Origin: Pyrinomonadaceae bacterium
GTDB taxonomy: Bacteria; Acidobacteriota; Blastocatellia; Pyrinomonadales; Pyrinomonadaceae
NCBI GenBank assembly: GCA_035250805.1
Contig: DATFEW010000163.1
Span: 1 to 29,072, forward strand
Direction: 5' to 3'
Length of the DNA stretch: 29,072 nucleotides
Both the position numbers and the translations under genes were made by a program. The notes beneath the pieces were generated by a model. The model was not told the DNA's origin and ran no database searches. It worked only from the letters and a program-made list of their open reading frames with translations. Positions 24,774 through 29,072 of the stretch are shown in pieces; position 1 is the stretch's first letter; the number at the start of each line of letters is the position of its first letter.

Positions 24774-26438
24774 ATGAATTGCAAACGTCACCTCACTTTT
24801 CTGGTGTTGATCGGCCTGATGCTGTCAGGCCTTTTGCCGCAACACCTTGTCGCGCAAACTCCCGAAGGCGCCTACGATATTGTGATCCGCAACGGCCGCG
24901 TGCTCGATGGAGCAGGCAATCCGTGGATACTCGCCGATGTTGGGATCAAGGACGGCCGCTTTGTGAAGATCGGCAAGGTCGACGGAAAGGGCAAGCGCGA
25001 GATCGACGCTGGCGGGAAGTACGTGTCGCCCGGCTGGATCGATATGCTGGATGCGTCTGGCGGCGTTTTGACACGAAACCCACTGGCGGAAAGCAAGCTG
25101 CTGATGGGCGTGACGACAGGCATCGGCGGTGAAGGCGGCACTCCGGTGCCGGCTGAGAAACTCTCAGAATATTTCGCGGGTCTCGAGAAAAGCGGCATCA
25201 GCATGAACTTCGGCACCTACTACGGTGCTACGCAGGCGCGCGTAGCCGTCATCGGGTCAGAAGCTCGCGACCCAAATGCCGAAGAGCTTTCAAAAATGAA
25301 GTCCATAGTTGAAACGGCAATGAAAGGCGGTGCGCTTGGAATATCGACAGCCCTCATCTATCCTCCGGCAAGCTATTCAAAAACAGAACAGCTAATTGAA
25401 TTAGCAAAGGTTGCCGGTCGCTACGGCGGGGTTTATTCGAGCCACATCCGCGGAGAAGGGAAAGAGTTGATCGAGTCTATCAACGAAGCAATTACGATCG
25501 GCGAAAAGGGTGGACTGCCGGTCGAGATCTATCATCTCAAAGCGGCCTATCAGCCCGGCTGGGGAACGCTGATGCGTCAGGCCGGCGAGACGATCGAAAA
25601 AGCACGCAGCCGCGGCCTCGATGTTGCCGCGGATATGTATCTTTACACCGCTGGCGGGACGTCGTTATCTGCCGTTGTCCCGTCGTGGGCGGCGGACGGC
25701 GGTCGAGAAAAGATGCTGGAGCGCCTCAAGGATCCGGCCAATCGCGCGCGGCTCAAGAATGAAATAAAGACCGGCTCACCCGGATGGTGGAATATCGTCG
25801 AAGCTGCCGGGGGATGGAAACAGGTCGTGCTTGCCTCGTCCGGCAATCCGGAACATAAACGATTTGAAAACAAAAATATTGAGCAGATCGCAAAGGAATG
25901 GAACAAAGATCCGGCGGACGCTGCCTTCGACCTCATAACAGAGAGTAACAACCGGGCTGGGGCGCTTTATTTCATGATGTCGGATGCGGATGTTGAAACC
26001 GCGATCAAGTATCCGTGGATCAGCTTCGGCAGCGATGCGGCTGCGTCTCCGCAATTGATGGATCCGAACACGGTCGGCAACGGGCACCCTCGTGGCTATG
26101 GAAATTTTCCGCGGGTGATCGCAGAATATGTTCGTAAGAAGAAAATAATTACTCTTCCTGAAGCGATCAGGAAAATGACCTCATGGCCGGCGACACGTCT
26201 GCGGCTCCCGTCGCGCGGAACTATAAAGGAAGGCAACTGGGCGGATGTTGTTATTTTCGATTATGACAAGATCCAGGACAACGCCACTTATGAATATCCC
26301 TTCCGTACACCGACAGGCATAGATCAAGTACTCGTGAACGGCCAGATCGTGATCGAGAACGGAAAGCACACAGGAGCCCGGCCCGGACATGTTCTGTACG
26401 GCCAGGGTCGTGTCGTTCCGACAATGGCCGCAAATTAG
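24774..26438 (+). CDS. Secreted N-acyl-D-amino-acid deacylase (D-aminoacylase)-like amidohydrolase, paralogue 1
   Basis: YDIVIRNGRVLDGAGNP, SHIRGEG, EIYHLK, FGSDA, HPRGYGNFPRV, EAIRKMTSWPA, ADVVIFD, VLVNG. Signal peptide ending HLVA|Q. Confidence 0.85.
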   Translation: MNCKRHLTFLVLIGLMLSGLLPQHLVAQTPEGAYDIVIRNGRVLDGAGNPWILADVGIKDGRFVKIGKVDGKGKREIDAGGKYVSPGWIDMLDASGGVLTRNPLAESKLLMGVTTGIGGEGGTPVPAEKLSEYFAGLEKSGISMNFGTYYGATQARVAVIGSEARDPNAEELSKMKSIVETAMKGGALGISTALIYPPASYSKTEQLIELAKVAGRYGGVYSSHIRGEGKELIESINEAITIGEKGGLPVEIYHLKAAYQPGWGTLMRQAGETIEKARSRGLDVAADMYLYTAGGTSLSAVVPSWAADGGREKMLERLKDPANRARLKNEIKTGSPGWWNIVEAAGGWKQVVLASSGNPEHKRFENKNIEQIAKEWNKDPADAAFDLITESNNRAGALYFMMSDADVETAIKYPWISFGSDAAASPQLMDPNTVGNGHPRGYGNFPRVIAEYVRKKKIITLPEAIRKMTSWPATRLRLPSRGTIKEGNWADVVIFDYDKIQDNATYEYPFRTPTGIDQVLVNGQIVIENGKHTGARPGHVLYGQGRVVPTMAAN

Positions 26439-26455
26439 CAATCGCCGAAGTAATT

Positions 26456-28111
26456 ATGATTAAAGTTCGACGCAGTATTTCGGGGATCCTGCTTTGCGTC
26501 CTCGCGCTGAGCCTTTCACCATTACACCTATCGGCGCAGACGGCTGAACCTAGTTACGACATCGTGATCCGCAACGGGCGTGTTCTGGACGGCGCGGGCA
26601 ATCCATGGATCCTCGCGGACGTCGCAATAAACGACGGCCGCTTCGTAAAGATCGGCATGGTGGACGGAAAAGGCAAGCGCGAGATAGACGCGCGCGGCCA
26701 ATACGTCTCGCCGGGTTGGATCGATGTGATGGATCAATCAGGAAGCGTCCTGCCGCAAAACGGCTTGGCGGAAAACAAGTTGATGATGGGCGTCACTACC
26801 GCGATCGGCGGTGAGGGTGGAACGCCTGTTCCCGCTGAAAGGGTTGCGGAATATTTTTCCGGACTTGAAAAAAGCGGCATCAGCATTAATTTCGGCTCCT
26901 ATTTCAGTGAGACCCAAGCCCGAGCCGCGGTCCTTGGAATGCAGTCGCGAGGACCGAATGCTGAAGAACTCGCGCGAATGAAGGCGATCATGGAAACAGC
27001 CATGAAAGCCGGTGCCATGGGAATGACCACGGCTTTAATTTATCCGCCGTCCAGCTACGCGACGACCGAAGAACTGATCGAAATGGCGAAGGTCGCGGCT
27101 GCACACGGCGGCATCTACGCCAGCCATATTCGCGGTGAGGGTAAGGAGCTTGTCCAGGCGGTGGAAGAGGCGATCACGATCGGAGAGAAGGGCGGATTGC
27201 CGGTCGAGATCTTTCACCTTAAAGCCGCTCATCAGCCCGGATGGGGAAAACTCATGCGTGAGGCGGGTGAGAAGATCGAGCAGGCACGTGCCAGAGGGGT
27301 TGATGTCGCGGCAGATATGTATCTCTATACTGCCGGAGGCACCGGACTGGAGGCCGTAATTCCTTCCTGGGCGTTCGAGGGCGGTGAGCAGAAGCTGCTC
27401 CAACGCCTCAAAGACCCAGCTACGCGTGAGCGGCTAAAGAACGAGATCAAAACTGGTTCGCCAGGGTGGTGGAATATTGTCGAGGCATCGGGCGGCTGGG
27501 AAAACATCGTCCTCGTAAACGCGCAAAATAAGGATAACGCGCGGTTCGAAGGAAAGACGTTGGCTGCGATCTCAAAAGAGGTGGGCAAAGACCCGGCAGA
27601 TACCGCATTCGATCTGGTAATGCAGGGTAGCGGCCGTGTGTATGCGATCTATCACATGATGAGTGAGCAGGACATTACGACGGCTCTGAAGTTTCCGTGG
27701 ACCAGCATTGGGAGCGATGCGGGTGCGGCGCTAAAGCCGGGGGCGGTAGACGGTTTAGGCCTTGCCCACCCACGAAGCTACGGGAATCATGCGCGGCTTA
27801 TTGCGCGTTATGTCCGCGAGCAAAAAGTGATCACGCTCGAAGACGCGATACGCAAAATGACGTCGTGGCCCGCGACCCGAATGCGGCTTGCGTCCCGCGG
27901 CATGATCAAAGAGGGGAACTGGGCAGATGTGGTGATATTCGATTACGAAAAGATCCAGGACCGGGCAACGTATGAGAAACCGCTGCTTAACCCAGTCGGT
28001 ATCGATCATGTTCTCGTAAACGGCCAGGTCGTAATAGAGAATGGGAAACACACGGGCGCGCGTCCGGGTCACGTCCTCTACGGGCCGGGCCGCAAGACAT
28101 CGTTAAATTAA
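26456..28111 (+). CDS. Secreted N-acyl-D-amino-acid deacylase-like amidohydrolase, paralogue 2
   Basis: Collinear tandem paralogue of 24774-26438: SHIRGEG, EIFHLK, IGSDA, HPRSYGN, RKMTSWPA. Signal peptide ending HLSA|Q. Confidence 0.85.
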   Translation: MIKVRRSISGILLCVLALSLSPLHLSAQTAEPSYDIVIRNGRVLDGAGNPWILADVAINDGRFVKIGMVDGKGKREIDARGQYVSPGWIDVMDQSGSVLPQNGLAENKLMMGVTTAIGGEGGTPVPAERVAEYFSGLEKSGISINFGSYFSETQARAAVLGMQSRGPNAEELARMKAIMETAMKAGAMGMTTALIYPPSSYATTEELIEMAKVAAAHGGIYASHIRGEGKELVQAVEEAITIGEKGGLPVEIFHLKAAHQPGWGKLMREAGEKIEQARARGVDVAADMYLYTAGGTGLEAVIPSWAFEGGEQKLLQRLKDPATRERLKNEIKTGSPGWWNIVEASGGWENIVLVNAQNKDNARFEGKTLAAISKEVGKDPADTAFDLVMQGSGRVYAIYHMMSEQDITTALKFPWTSIGSDAGAALKPGAVDGLGLAHPRSYGNHARLIARYVREQKVITLEDAIRKMTSWPATRMRLASRGMIKEGNWADVVIFDYEKIQDRATYEKPLLNPVGIDHVLVNGQVVIENGKHTGARPGHVLYGPGRKTSLN

Positions 28112-28130
28112 CCGAACAGGAGAAACGATA

Positions 28131-29072
28131 GTGAAAAGACTGACAGCGCTGGTCATGATCGGCCTGATCCTTTTATCAATTGTGGCGGGTCAGGTTCCGC
28201 CTGCGCCTAAAGCCGATGAACCGCAGCCTGCGGACAAACCCGCCGTTGGCGCATTCTCGATGACTGCCGCTGATGTCGAAGCGTTTCTCGACGGCGTACT
28301 GCCCCAGCAACTCGAACGCGAGAATATCGCGGGCGCTACGGTAGCTATTGTTAAGGACGGAAAGCTCTTGTTTTCAAAAGGTTACGGCTACTCTGATGTA
28401 GCGAGTAAAAAACCTGTCTCCCCGGAAGAAACCTTATTCCGTCCCGGTTCGGTTTCCAAGCTGTTCACTTGGACCGCTGTGATGCAAATGTATGAGCAGG
28501 GCAAGCTCGATCTTGACGCCGACGTGAATCAGTATCTCGATTTCAAGATACCCGATGCGTTCGGTGCGCCGATCACATTAAAGCACATCATGACGCACAC
28601 GCCCGGGTTCGAGGAGCAGGTAAAGGATCTTTTCGCGGTCAGTGACGTGACGCCGAACCTTGGGGAGTATCTAAAGACACACATTCCCACTCGTATTTTT
28701 CCGCCGGGTACCACTCCGGCGTATTCAAACTACGCAACAGCTCTCGCTGGCTATATTGTTGAGCGGGTTTCGGGGCAGCCGTTCAATGACTATGTGGCTG
28801 AACACATCTTCAAACCTCTGCAGATGACCCGTTCGACGTTTGCTCAGCCGCTCCCTGAAGAGTTCAAACCCAATATGTCTTCGGGATATCGGCTCGCGTC
28901 TGATACAGAGACGGTTCCTTTTGAGGTGGTCGTTCCGTTTCCCGCGGGCAGCCTGAGTAGTACTGCGGTCGATATGTCGCAGTTCATGCTGGCCCATCTC
29001 CAGGAAGGACAACACGGCGGGGCTCAAATCCTAAAGCCGGAAACCGTGCAACTTATGCACACCCGGTTATTT
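28131..29072 (+). CDS. Secreted beta-lactamase-family serine hydrolase, 3'-truncated by the window edge
   Basis: Absent from the ORF track because no stop lies in the window. My translation from GTG 28131 (AGGAG RBS): MKRLTALVMIGLILLSIVAG|QVPP…FSKGYG…FRPGSVSKLFTWTAVMQ…HIMTHTPGF…AYSNY…PAGSLSSTAVDM. It is open to 29072. Confidence 0.88.
   Translation, partial: MKRLTALVMIGLILLSIVAGQVPPAPKADEPQPADKPAVGAFSMTAADVEAFLDGVLPQQLERENIAGATVAIVKDGKLLFSKGYGYSDVASKKPVSPEETLFRPGSVSKLFTWTAVMQMYEQGKLDLDADVNQYLDFKIPDAFGAPITLKHIMTHTPGFEEQVKDLFAVSDVTPNLGEYLKTHIPTRIFPPGTTPAYSNYATALAGYIVERVSGQPFNDYVAEHIFKPLQMTRSTFAQPLPEEFKPNMSSGYRLASDTETVPFEVVVPFPAGSLSSTAVDMSQFMLAHLQEGQHGGAQILKPETVQLMHTRLF

Noticed and set aside
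341-29027. Many 60-220 aa antisense or out-of-frame ORFs (for example 341-781, 1954-2469, 7254-7874, 12414-12896, 13597-14124, 14141-14800, 22009-22467, 28725-29027)
   Set aside because: All are shadows nested in well-supported genes, with no motifs, RBS or typical composition. They are expected in DNA of this GC content.
18439-29072. Beta-lactam resistance cluster
   Set aside because: The proteins carry DUF3471-like extensions and HGG rather than KTG. They sit in a catabolic operon with a receptor and amidohydrolases, with no mobile element or bla regulator.
1-29072. CRISPR array, IS element, prophage, rRNA or riboswitch
   Set aside because: I saw no regularly spaced direct repeats, transposase/integrase motifs, terminal inverted repeats or recognisable riboswitch consensus (cobalamin or TPP) in the intergenic regions I read.

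Overview
About 29 kb of catabolic/outer-membrane-transport DNA. The protein families (three carboxypeptidase-regulatory-domain TonB-dependent receptors, two with a P-H-F-G-E-G-G-P insert, and a wHTH-TM-TPR regulator) suggest Acidobacteriota, probably Blastocatellia; this is my inference. Left: a secreted DppA/M55 D-aminopeptidase coupled to two tandem copies of a two-gene membrane cassette (small TM protein with WKGGGFG[M/L]F plus an HTTM/vitamin-K-carboxylase-like or SdpB-like protein). Middle: a stand-alone Fis-type HTH gene divergent from two TonB-dependent receptors. Each receptor has a sigma-54 (-24/-12) promoter and a near-identical 16-bp box at the same offset. A membrane-anchored CadC-like regulator follows. 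Right: a divergent locus with a cytoplasmic N-succinylamino-acid racemase/OSBS, RpiR regulator and GNAT acyltransferase operon opposite an all-secreted operon (three beta-lactamase-fold serine hydrolases, one TonB-dependent receptor, two D-aminoacylase-like paralogues with a non-canonical metal site). Together these look like a D-amino-acid/D-peptide utilisation locus. I found no supportable rRNA, tRNA, CRISPR array or transposase. All assignments come from motif recognition by eye; no database search was run.
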